The notes under the pieces are model-generated. The model saw only the letters and a list, made by a program, of their open reading frames with translations, ran no database searches and was not told the origin of the DNA. Of a stretch of DNA of 64,000 nucleotides, positions 14,123-25,610 are shown one piece after another (position 1 is the first letter of the stretch; every line of letters begins with the position of its first letter). Both the position numbers and the translations under genes were made by a program. This DNA is from Eledone cirrhosa. Lineage: Eukaryota. The stretch spans positions 174,530,001-174,594,000 of the forward strand of contig OZ024742.1 in the NCBI GenBank assembly GCA_964016885.1, written 5' to 3'.

Positions 14123-15445
14123 CACAAGAGGTACACTGAAGAGTCTTTTTCTTTACAGGTACTTTTAATTGATTTATGTAACTGTCACTCTTGTACATCT
14201 TTGATCTGCTTATAGTAAGCGAACATGTCAAATCATTTTTGTTTTCCAGGTTGAAGCTTCAGGCGACTACAGCACTTTAAAAACTACCCATCATATATGT
14301 CTTGTCATAGGTGACTGATTCCACAATGCAGTTGGGATATGAGGTCAACTTGGAGGCTCAATGTGCTATAAAGTTGTGGCAAGCTTGGTGAAAACACTGC
14401 AGAAAACTAAGAAACTGTCAAAATTGCAGATGTCTATGAAACTATCAAAACTGCTTACAGGCTAATTTTCATGATCCTAGCAACAGTTTTCTGCTGGCAC
14501 AAGAGGTTCCAGGAGGGCAGGGAGCAGGTGATGGACAATGTGCAGTGTTGCAGGGAGAGGGCCATCTGAAAGCCAAAGTTGTTTGACAAAATTTGTAAAT
14601 TTCTGGACAAGGACCATCACGCATCTCTTTTGATGATTGTTAAACAATTTGAAGTGGCTGAGGCCTTTGTTTGCAGAGTCATTCATGACGATCTGGACGT
14701 GGGCAAAGTTTGTTCTCTGGGTGCTCAATGAAGATCAAAGGCAGAGGTGCATTGATGACAGCAGGAAGATGGTTGAGTGGATCCTTTTTAATCCAAGTGT
14801 TCTTGCATCTCTAGTAACCCATGACATGAGCTGGGTCTACTGTTATGATTCAGAAACCAAGAGTCAGAGTGGTCAGTTGAAACATTCTGACTCCTCTAGC
14901 CCCAAGAAAGCCAGGCAAAGCAGGCAAGCTAATGATATCCCATTCTTCGACAGTAAGAGCATTATCTACAGCCACAGGTTTCCCCATGGCCAAACAGTCA
15001 ACAAGAGTACTATGTAGACGTTTTGAGGCAGTTCAGAAAAAGATTTCATCACAAGAGTCCAGAACACTTCAAGTGTGGTGTGTAGCACCTGACCAGGACA
15101 ATGCACCCTTGCACAAATCCAACCTGGTAAACAACTAATTAGCAGATATAGGGATCAAGACTGTCCACCATCCTCCCTACTGTCTAGATGTAGCACCATG
15201 TCACATCTGGATGTTCCTGAAGCTGAAGAAAGAGCTCAGAGGTATCTGCTTTGAGGATGAGGAGGAGATGAAGGAGGCTTTGAGAAGTGTCCTGGACACC
15301 TTCAATTTTGAGGACTACATGGGGTCCTTCCAGAAGTGGGTGGAGCAATACAACAACTGCTTTGAAGTTGGAGACTAACATTTTGTATTGATCTGAGTTA
15401 AATGTCTCTCTGATAAAAGTCTCAAAACCTCTTGACATATTATAT
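14123..15445 (+). mobile_element. Decayed mariner (Tc1/mariner) transposon
   Basis: WAKFVLWVL, VTHDMSWVYCYDSETKSQS, QDNAPLH, HPPYCLDVAPCHIWMFLKLK (YSPDLAP-like); about 1.3 kb; degenerate TIRs. Confidence 0.82.
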
Positions 15446-16153
15446 ATACATTTACAATGAACTCCTGATGGAGCCCATCCCACAGCAGGTCTATACTCAG
15501 TGAATTTCTTCAGAGAAATAGAGTGTAAGATATATATCATAATGGACAGCTACTCTATTTATTGACCTCAAAAGTATGAAATTTAACTTCGGTGGGATTT
15601 GATCTCATAGCAAAACAAATAGAGTCAAAACAAATATTCTAAATCATTTCATCCAACATTCTTATAGCTCTGTCACTTTGCTGCTTTAATACGGAGCACA
15701 AATAGCATGCAAACCACACTGTAAAGTGGTCATGTTAGCAACACAACACAAAAAGTGCCCTGCCCACACTGTAAAGTGGTTGTGTAGGTGTCACAACAAA
15801 AAGCACCTAGTCCACACTGTTAATGTGGATGGCATTGGGAAGGGCATCCAACCATAGAAACCAAACCCAAATCAGTTCTGTGTGAGCAAAACACATTCCT
15901 ACGACCTGAACCTCTCACAATGGGGCAACATGCCCTACCCATGCTAGTGTAGAAAATGAAAGTTAAATGATGATGATGATGATGAAGATGATATATATAT
16001 ATATGTGTGTGTGTGTGTATGTGTGTGTGTGTGTGTAAGTCCCAGGTTCAACTGGAGATAACTACAGTAATAAGGTACCCAATATATTAATAAACTGTAA
16101 TCATCATGTTTAATATAGAAATGACTTCTACTTCTCATTCAAAAGAAATCTAC

Positions 16154-16214
16154 TGTTCCATGGTGTAATGGTTATCAAATCTGCTTAACAAGCAGGTCAT
16201 GAGTTTGAAACTCG
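16154..16214 (+). pseudogene. tRNA-Val-like pseudogene, 3' truncated
   Basis: GTTCCATGGTGTAATGGTTATCA..TCTGCTTAACAAGCAG..GGTC..GAGTTTGAAACTCG resembles metazoan tRNA-Val; the 3' strand of the acceptor stem is missing. Confidence 0.6.
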
Positions 16215-16263
16215 CTTATTCGCTTATATATAAATTAATATATGTGTATATGTATATATATAT

Positions 16264-16383
16264 ATAAGTTGTAATAGAATGAAAACGAAATTTCATTTCT
16301 CACTCTTAGTACGGCACTTACTTAAATGTAAGTATGTATGTATACGTACATACATATATGTATACAGACGTACACTAGCATGC

Positions 16384-16414
<31 letters not shown>

Positions 16415-16864
16415 CAGGTACACATACATATATGTACGTATCAGTTTAGCGGACGTTTATTATAACGCCCGCTTTGTCCGTTTGTAAACAAGCAGACAGC
16501 CTGAATTTAGCCGTACGGTGTTAAGGCAACCACGTCACCTTTTTGTTCAACACTGACACAGGAACGATGTACTAGTTTCAAGCTTCTTAGCTAGCATCAG
16601 CACCGTATACCCTTCTGCCAGATGGTTGAACGTTCGAAAGTATATACTTTCCTTATGAAAATTAACGGCTGAGCAGCCTAATTTGCATATTGAGTGAGTT
16701 CAGTCGGCCAGGTACACCGAAAACGATAAGTTGTAATAGAATGAAAACTGATACGTACATATATGTATGTGTACCTGTATGTATATATATACATATATAT
16801 CTATATATGCATGCTACTGTACGTCTGTATACATATATGTATGTACGTATACATACATACTTAC

Positions 16865-16866
<2 letters not shown>
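16264..16866 (-). mobile_element. Copy of the ORF-less hammerhead-containing unit (retrozyme-like) plus an inverted fragment
   Basis: Homologous to 44148-45008. ATAAGTTGTAATAGAATGAAAAC repeats at 16264 and 16726. 16745-16866 is inverted relative to 16327-16447. Minus-strand HHR at 16564-16606 with core CTGATGC (A9 changed). Confidence 0.8.
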
Positions 16867-16897
<31 letters not shown>

Positions 16898-16908
16898 AGG
16901 AGAAGGAG

Positions 16909-16946
<38 letters not shown>

Positions 16947-16949
16947 CAG

Positions 16950-17400
16950 GAATGAAAGTAGAATCGAAGTCAGTGTTGAGCATAGGTATAATTATATTTA
17001 ATTGGCATATTACAATTGTTTCAATAGTGATCTGCTTAGGGTAAAATCATAATGACCAGGGCCAAACACTTCTTCGACATCTCTTCCAATAGGCAATTTT
17101 ATATGTGCAAAGACACTGTGTCTTTGCACATATAAACTCGCATATTTGAGATGTCAAAGAAGTGTTGGAACACAGTCACTATGATTGCACCCTAAGCAGA
17201 TCGGTATTGAAACTATTGCAATATGCCAATAAACTTTGTACATATGCTACAACACTTTGATTCTACTTACTCAATTTGCACTCTGGACACTACATCTGTC
17301 TTAACTCTGGAATACAACCCAACATGAGATGGACCTCGTAATAGCATTGGGTGCTATGAATGGTGCACTGCCTGTAACTGTAGTTACACACCTACCTAAA
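16950..17400. repeat. Imperfect fold-back element (arms about 16950-17115 and 17117-17272) with a 3' tail
   Basis: Central perfect hairpin TTTATATGTGCAAAGACAC-t-GTGTCTTTGCACATATAAA; arms align outward; HHR-like remnant GAAACAATTGTA on the minus strand of the left arm. Confidence 0.8.
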
Positions 17401-17402
17401 CT

Positions 17403-17434
<32 letters not shown>

Positions 17435-17436
17435 AA

Positions 17437-17553
17437 AGGTCTGACGACATGGTGTGTTCTCTTACAGTGTACCTAAGATTTATGATAATATTTTTATATT
17501 ATACAAATAGCGAGGTATAGGTAACCCACACACTATAGAAACAATTGTTACCT
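17437..17553 (+). ncRNA. Type-I hammerhead motif with a long stem II extension
   Basis: AGGT-CTGACGA-c-ATGGTGTG...(about 70 nt)...CACACTAT-a-GAAA-CAATTG-TT^ACCT; stem I AGGT/ACCT; between TA tracts. Confidence 0.68.
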
Positions 17554-17596
17554 AATATATTCTTTATACCCGCATTTCCGTTTCATGAACTTCTTC

Positions 17597-17666
<70 letters not shown>

Positions 17667-17671
<5 letters not shown>

Positions 17672-18045
17672 AATATTTAATACAGGATTATTTCACCATA
17701 ATTGTTTTATTGTATGATATATATTTCTGTTACATGGTTATATGCCTGCCGCCACCACAACAGGATGGTTATATATGGCCAACAACATATCCCAATGATT
17801 GCATAAGCATCTGATGAAGTCACATCCATAAATATGTAACAGAAATATATACCATGCAATAAAGCAATTGTGGTGAAATAATTCTATCTTAATCTTTTTT
17901 AATAAACAATTACTCAGTCACTCCTAATCACCAATTCTAAGCAGGGATAAACTACTGACGTGAAGTGCTTTTGGATCACTTGGACCGGCTTATCCTCAAG
18001 AAGTTACAATGTAACAACTGTGTATAAGAAACTTATCTTCTGCAA
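17667..18045 (+). mobile_element. PLE-terminus-like fold-back insertion with a hammerhead motif (17807-17857)
   Basis: Arms about 17683-17734 and 17834-17886. GCAT-CTGATGA-a-GTCACAT..ATGTAAC-a-GAAA-TATATA-CC^ATGC; the inverted arm keeps TATATA-TC^. Confidence 0.72.
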
Positions 18046-18068
18046 TATATATATATGTATATATAAGT

Positions 18069-18416
18069 GGAGGCACATGGCTTAGTGGTTAGAGCATTGG
18101 TCGTGCAATCGAAAGGTTGTGAGTTCAATTCTCAGACCGGGTGATGTGTTGTTTCCTTGAGCAAGACACTTTATTTCACATTGCTCCAGTTTACTCAGCT
18201 GTAGAAATGAGATGATAGGGACTGGGGTCCCTATCATTCCACTGCAAAGTGGTCGTGGAGGTGCCACGGCAAAAAAAAGCACCCAGCACTCACTGTAAAT
18301 GAGGTTGGTGTTAGGAAGGGCATCCAGCTGTAGAAATCAAGCCAGAATCAGTTCCCGTCCCACCCTTGCAAGCAGGGAAAAGCGGACGTAAAATGAAATG
18401 ATGATGAAATGATGAT
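18069..18416 (+). mobile_element. tRNA-derived CORE-type SINE
   Basis: Near-identical to 10939-11275. Confidence 0.8.
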
Positions 18417-19080
18417 ATATATATAATGTGATTGTTTTTGAGCGTCAGTCCAAATTTATGTCCACTAACTTTGTAGTTAGACAACAAAAAGGGGTTGCTA
18501 ATATGAGAACCAGACTTTTAAAAAGCTATAAATAAAATACTGTATGTTGATATGATTGACTAAATTCCTTCAAGCAAGTGCCCCAGCATGGCCACAGTCC
18601 ACTGAATGAAAACAGTAAAAGAGAAGTATGAAAGAATAAAAAAAAGAAGATAAATGAGAACCTGCAAACTGCCAGTTAAAGAAAGAATGAATATTCTTTT
18701 AGTTTTGGTCAGTAGAGCAGTGAATGAAAAATCTGTTACTGTTAACCTTTCTCGCATATTCTATATTTTAGATCAATGATGTTTCTATACCATGCCATAG
18801 CTATCCTACTGCTTGCCTTTCTGATTTGGCTAAATATATGAAAAATATTTAATTTACTGTTTTCCAATTCAGTTTTTCTATTTGCAGTCAGTTTGAGATG
18901 AATCAATAATTGAGAAGTAATCACTGCTATGAATTGTCAGTGAGGCTAGCACCTTAGACTGATTAAATTATTAATTCTCACTCTCTACAGAAAGGAAATT
19001 TATATTGACAACAAAGAGAAAAATGAAAGAAATAAACATAAATAATAACAATAAATACAAATGTGTATATATACCCATGC

Positions 19081-19232
<152 letters not shown>

Positions 19233-19247
19233 ATATGTATATATATG

Positions 19248-19301
<54 letters not shown>

Positions 19302-19682
19302 CACACACAAATATATATATATAATATATATACAGAGAGAGAGAGAGAGAGAGAGTGAGAGAGAGAGAGAGAGAGAGTGAGAGAGAGGGAGGGAGAGAGA
19401 GAGAGAGATATGTTCAAAGTCCAGACAGGAAACCTTGTCAGAATTTGCTCTTTTACATGGTGTTATTAATGCATACCTTCTTATATAATGGCTATCTTCA
19501 GCTTTTACTACATTACACCAGCAGATGGATAACACACACAAGTATACACACATGCATACATAGCTAAATATGTACATAGGCTCATTCATGTTTAGTTTGC
19601 TTGCATTTTGTATGTACTATTTATGTAAATAAGTAATCATGTATGCACACATGCATGTATGTATGCATGTATGTATGTATGA

Positions 19683-20010
19683 GTGAAAAGATGTGACTTT
19701 GTGGTTAGGGTGTTCAGCACAAGATCTTATGGCTGTGTGTTCGATTCCCAACAGTCCAAAGTGCCCTTGTGCATCACACTCTATTTCACATTATTCCAGT
19801 CTACACAGCTAGCAAAAATGAGTTGTATCTATAAATCAAACCACCAGCCTTGTCACATACTGAGTCATACCAAATCTCCCTGAGAATTACATTAAAGTTA
19901 CATGTATGTATGGAATGGTCAGCTACTTGCATGTCAATTTCATAGGCAGGCTGCTCCATTCATTGACCAACTAGAACACTCATCGTCAAAATTGACTGAC
20001 ATCATTTCAT
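19683..20010 (+). mobile_element. Older tRNA-derived SINE
   Basis: GTGGTTAGGGTGTTC..TGTTCGATTCC, CORE-like CCTTGTGCATCACACTCTATTTCAC; related heads at about 22437 and 56752. Confidence 0.55.
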
Positions 20011-23000
20011 TCCGTAAACATACTTAATTCTGATTATCATTTTTTTATTTTTACATTAATGTGGGGGAGAGGGAGATTATTTTTTATTTTGTTAAACATA
20101 ACATTTTTCACGATTTAGTTTTTGTTCATGTTGTTGCTGTTGTTTATCTCTTCACATCCTATACTACATGAAACCACATTAGCTAAATATTCTAGAATGT
20201 ACAAAACAGCACTTATGACTGCAACACATTAAAAATTAAAGTCTTTAGTTTACAGCAAATGTTCACAGCAATAAACAAGTAATATGATAAATATTTGAAT
20301 TAACAAATCCATTTTTAGGTATTTTCTGTTAAATCATTATGAGATGTTAAGCATGAATCCTTGGTCAGTTCCTATTGAACAAACAACTTATACTAAATTT
20401 ATTCTGCCCATGAATCATAGTAATCGTTTTTCCTTTTTTTTGTCAAACCTCATTTATCTTGGACCACATTATTCAAAGTGTCATCTCTTCGAATGTTTAG
20501 AATAGGTACACTGCATCTCTGTAAGTCTCAAAAAAGAATTCATGATGAGTATGACATATATCAGGCTATCTGCAGTTACTGGAAGTTAACACTGCAATGG
20601 ACTTGTGTCCTCTCAAATGGTAGTCTTGATCTTTTATTCAAGTAAACTAAGATAAACACTGACCTTCTGAGCCTCTGGGCTTGCAACAGACTAACCCGTT
20701 TAACAAGGCCAAACCATATTTTAACAAGAAAAATGGCCTTAAAATGCTCATTATTTGTTATTGTTGTATATTATTTAAGGGATATTAACTGCTTTTTAGC
20801 AGATTGAACAACTGCATAGGGACGCCCCTATGGACTTGTAGAAAGTAAAGTTCTAGTGTACATATCTGCTATGCCATGGAGAAGTTGTAGAAATATATTT
20901 GAAAGGAGGGTTGAGATGGTGTCTGTTCATAATTGCATGGACACCTAAAAACCATTACCAAACGTATGGTACATACTAATAAGTCAAATTCAGTTGTGAA
21001 ATGTCAGCTCTAATCTTAGAATTTGAATTAACCTTCCCTTGTCTAACCCATGCCACCACAGAAAGAGGAAATGGCCTCCTGCCATATTGAGGTCCCCATA
21101 GACATCCTTAATTCACATTTCCTGCTCAACCCATGTCAGCATAGAAGAAAAATGTACCCTCTACTCCCACCCACCTATCTCACATAGAAAGCCATGCAAA
21201 CCATGTCATACTACTATATCCAACATAATCTTTCTAAGACCACTCCCCTGTCATCCTCTAGCATGGTGGTATGACCATCCCCCAAGTTCTTAAAACCACC
21301 TTCCCAGTGATGGTGCCACAATGAAAATGCAACTAGCCCACTCTGTAAAGTTGTAGTGCTGGTGCCACAATGAAGAGCACCCAATCTACACAGTAAGCTA
21401 GTAGTGTTGATGACAGACCAAAAGCCTCCAGTCCACCCTGTAAGGTTATAGTACCGAAGACATGCTAAAATGTTCCCAGAAAATGCTGTAAAGTGCCTGG
21501 TATTAGGAAGGACATCCAGCTATAGAAACCATGCTCCCAGTACAAGCTGTACTGTGGCTGGTGTGAGAAAGGACATCCAGTTAGAAACCAAGTCAAATAT
21601 GGAAATATGTTTAAGATATGATCACCTGCACAGTCTAGTCCCAGAACATGCAAGAATGGAAAATAGACACTAAATGCTGATGATGTTGATTACAATATTT
21701 CTGATGAGATATACTGCCTATGTTGTTAAATTAATTTCGAAAAAAAAAAAGATTAGGAGAGATTTAATAAATGTCAGTAGCTGGTATTTGGAACATACCT
21801 TAACAAAATATTCTGATTAAACTTGGACAGTTTTAGTTTAATTATAAGCATTCAGAAATGAGTAGTTTCAAGTCATACAGCCAGAGGTGGTTTGGTTTTT
21901 AAATGGTTAAAGAGACATCGAAGCTAATTTGCATTAGCACACTGAGCTGAATTCAGTGATAGATGTAATCATTGAAATCTCAGCTTGTGTTATATTCATT
22001 GCATATGGTAAACATTGCATGCTACCAAGTCAGAGTTAATTGCAGGTATTGGCTGCAGTCTTTACATTTGAATGAAAGGGATACTGAAGCTATTTTTTGT
22101 CAACATAGCTGAATTCAGTGATAGATGAACTCATTTGATTCTCAGCCTGTGTTATATTCATTGTATCGTTTATTTCCTGTAATCCCAATCCTGAATTTTT
22201 GTCATTTCTTATTTCATTGAAGCAAACAATTTCCATTTTAACCACATTCCTGATGTGGTTGTTTAACCTCTGATTAAAACTTTGTAAAATGTCATGATTC
22301 AAGTCTTTAGTAGTCATCCAATTTACCTTTCCTAAGCCCTAACACAAAATATCCATGGAAAGATATATATATATGCAATCATTTAATTCTCTCTAGCTCT
22401 TGAGTAGATTTAACTTAAGTAAGATAATTTGCACAGACATGAATGTGTGGTTAAGGAGTTAACTGCACAACTACAATGTTTTGGTGTGTATTCCCACTGC
22501 ATAGCACCTTGGACATGGGTGTACTTATAGTATTATAGCTTTGGGTTGACAATTGCATTGTCACATAAATTTTGTAGATAGCAACTGCATAGGCCTGTCA
22601 ATATAGAAAATATATATATGTATGAGTGTGTGTGTGAAAATATATATATGTATGTCAGTTTTTGAAATTGTCTGTGAGCATGTGTTTGTGGTTATATCCC
22701 ATAAATGAATGATTTAACTAATGAGATTGATGAAATATGTACCTGACTTGAAAAACAAGTATTGGATCAATATGTTTGGCTAAATCCCTGCAGACTTATG
22801 AAACCAGTAAAGGATTAAAAGAGTATAATGCTGCCCTTGGATACTGTTCTAATGTTGTGATAACGAATAGAATATATCATCTCTGAAAGCTTCTAAACAT
22901 CTTTCTTATTATTTTAACAATAAGACATGTGTGAGCTGTCAACTATTTTAGATATTAAAAAAGAAGTCAACTGCTTTAACTCCCTTCTTTCTTTTGGTTT

Positions 23001-24079
23001 ATATTTGCAACTATGAAAATGCAGATTTATTTTGCTCTCTCTCTCTTTCTATCTTGCTTTCTCTTTCGTAGGTCAGCTTCCCTTTAGCTTTGCCCTAACA
23101 AATATGACTTTCTTTCAGCTGTCTCAAATTGTGCAACACATGAAATGGAATGAGAATTCTTTCGACTGTTAATTTCTACTAGTTTGTAAACACATATGTT
23201 GACTCCTTTTCTTCTGCCACTCTACTATGATCTGTTAATGTATATGTGACACTCAAATAAAATATTAAATTAAATACATTCACTTAACACTTTCTACAAG
23301 TTATCCCCAAGATGCCTTACCTCTTTTTGTCATGTCAACTCTAATAATACTTCCTAGATTATTAAATTGAATTTGTAAAATTAAAATAAAAAATCATCTT
23401 GCAACATTTTATGCTTAACAAACGTTTTATTGATATCGTATAATCAATATATAAATTTTTTTTTTTCTTTTGCTATTTTAGTGTTGTACTGTATACTCAA
23501 ATAATTTGTTATTAACTCTTATTAAATTATTATAACATCAACGCTAGATCACTTTTACTTTCTGCTGGTATGTAGGGAACAAAAGGAAAGTTGATATATA
23601 ATTAGTTGGTAGACAAATGTGCAGAGGCAATATAAGGTAGAGAGCACTCTTCAGTCACACTTGGTACATGACACCCTCTCTAGTGTTGGTATACTCTGTA
23701 AAGTGGTTGGTGATAGGAAGGATATCCAGCCATAAAGTTCATGTCAAATGTGTAGAACGTATGAGCAAAACATGGTTATCTGGCCCTGTCTTATTTTGGC
23801 CCTGACAGCCTTTTCCTCTCATGAAAAACTGACAATTGATAATGATGAATTAAGTACTGTTGTTATGCATACATCCATACTTCAAATTTTCTGCAAATGT
23901 TGAATGCACTGTGGTTGTATACATAGTGTCTTACTTAATACAGTCCTAGGAATTGTTATTAAATTTGGCATGGCAGAAACAGTTAAGGCAACTTTGTGTT
24001 TCATTAAACTAGGATAAGCCTTGCAATAGGACAAGCCAGAGAAGAGTAATTCAGCTTTGTAGAAAATAATTGTTTTTAC

Positions 24080-24178
24080 TTTTGGCACAAGGCCAGCAAT
24101 TACCCAGTACATTACTGGTACTTTATTTTATCGACCCCGTAAGGATGAAAGGCAAAGTTAACCTCAGCGGGATTTGAA
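24080..24178 (-). mobile_element. OK-type tRNA-derived SINE fragment (one of about 12 copies)
   Basis: GGCACAAGGCCAGCAATT..CCCAGT..ACTGGTACTTTATTTTATCGACCCC.TAAGGATGAAAGGCAAAGTTAACCTC.GCGGGATTTGAA. Other copies at about 25140, 32990, 34885-35420 (three), 45160, 52915-53350 (two), 53690 (plus strand), 53895 and 63730. Family name is from memory. Confidence 0.7.
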
Positions 24179-24519
24179 AATAATGTGAATTGAATATTGT
24201 GATTATTTAACATCTCTGAGGGTGTAGGGGTTCATTCACATTTGACAGCAAATCCTTCCCTTGATTGTTATACAAGTAAACTGATTTGAGTAAAGTTTGA
24301 GTAAGTTGAGAAAATTTAGATTCATAATTGATACTAACATACTGTTCCAGTTGAGTGTCACATATGTGTGAGACACTCAATGTACAGAAGTAGATAAAAC
24401 TGAATATAACTTGCTTATTTTCAAACTGGTAGAAATGGACACCACTAAAGGATGTTTTATTCAATGTGACATGTCACAAGCTTTGAGGCTGTTAGAAGAC
24501 TATAAATTCTGTTAAGACA

Positions 24520-24800
24520 AACCTATGGGAGAGACAATTGCTAAATAAGAAAGAGGGAGGGAGGCTAAGACCTTATTCTGTCCTTGCCCTGTATCCACCC
24601 ATGCCTTCGAATAACTTGTGGTGTCCAGGAGATTTAGCATCGTGAGGAGTACTACTGATGTCGGCATTCCAATGCATGTCAGGTAAGTTTGATGCAAGAA
24701 AGGTGGAAGAAATGGTTTCAGTTGGCACACTTCCTTCCTTCTGTATTTTGTACATGGCACCTGAGTGCCACAGCTGAACTTCCTGTTATCCAAGGGAGTA
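24520..24800 (-). mobile_element. Possible decayed DNA-transposase C-terminal fragment (Academ-like LPPT...IW...GW region)
   Basis: LKPFLPPFLHQTYLTCIG...LDTTSYSKAWV...KVLASLPL loosely matches LKSLPPT..H..R..Q.CIW...LDP..YGW..K.L.P; recognised by eye only. Confidence 0.3.
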
Positions 24801-25397
24801 CAGATGGATATAAAGAGAAAGTGAGGGGAGGAGATAAATGATGAAAACAAAAGGTGAGGATTTATCATATAGGCAAAAAAAAAAGAGAAGTTGGATAATT
24901 CTATATAACACATGGTATATAGTAACAGTACACAACGATGTGTCCAGTATTGAAATAATGTGTGTTCCTATTAATACATTGTTTTCATAGTAAAAGTACA
25001 CTGTTGACATAATGTTTCTTTAAATTGTTAGAATCATAGAAGGAAAACATTTTAACTGCTGTTTCAGCAGCTAAAATGGCTTATAGATTATTTGTGTCTG
25101 ATTGGTTCCAATAACCCATGTGACAAAATAATGTTTCTACATTTGGCACAAGGCCAGCAATTACCCCAGTGCATTACTGGTGCCTTATTTTATCAACTCT
25201 GTAAGGATAATGAAACACTAAAATGTTACTTGAAATGTATTCACTACATTCATAGAATACAATAAGCAACATACATTAAATACAAATCTAGAAATTATAA
25301 CACTATTTGTGCATGTGTGTGTGTATATATATATATAAATACACAGGGAAAGCAGATGTTAAAACAACAACGATTACACACACACACACACACACAT

Positions 25398-25610
25398 ATC
25401 ATCATCATCATCATCATCATCATTTTACGTCTGCTTTTCCCTGCTTGCAAGGGTGGGACAGGTCTTATTCAGCACAGCATCTCTCCACTTGTCACGATCC
25501 TTCTCATCTCCACTGTGAGCTTCAGCGATCTGAGGTCTTTTCTCACCACCTCCGCCCATGTTTTTCGTGGTCTACCTCTACCACGTCTTCCTTCTACTGG
25601 CATTTCAACA
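25398..25610 (-). mobile_element. RTE LINE 3' end
   Basis: VEGRRGRGRPRKTWAEVVRKDL followed by tail CCCACCCTTGCAAGCAGGGAAAAGCAGACGTAAAA(TGA)n. Confidence 0.8.

Noticed and set aside
21701-21745. CTGATGA ... CGAAA
   Set aside because: No stem I or NUH site; lies in a MITE-like relic; chance match.
22090-22340. 75-aa minus-strand ORF with an upstream AG acceptor and a nearby 60-bp duplication (about 21945 and 22107)
   Set aside because: No homology recognised; could be UTR or intron.
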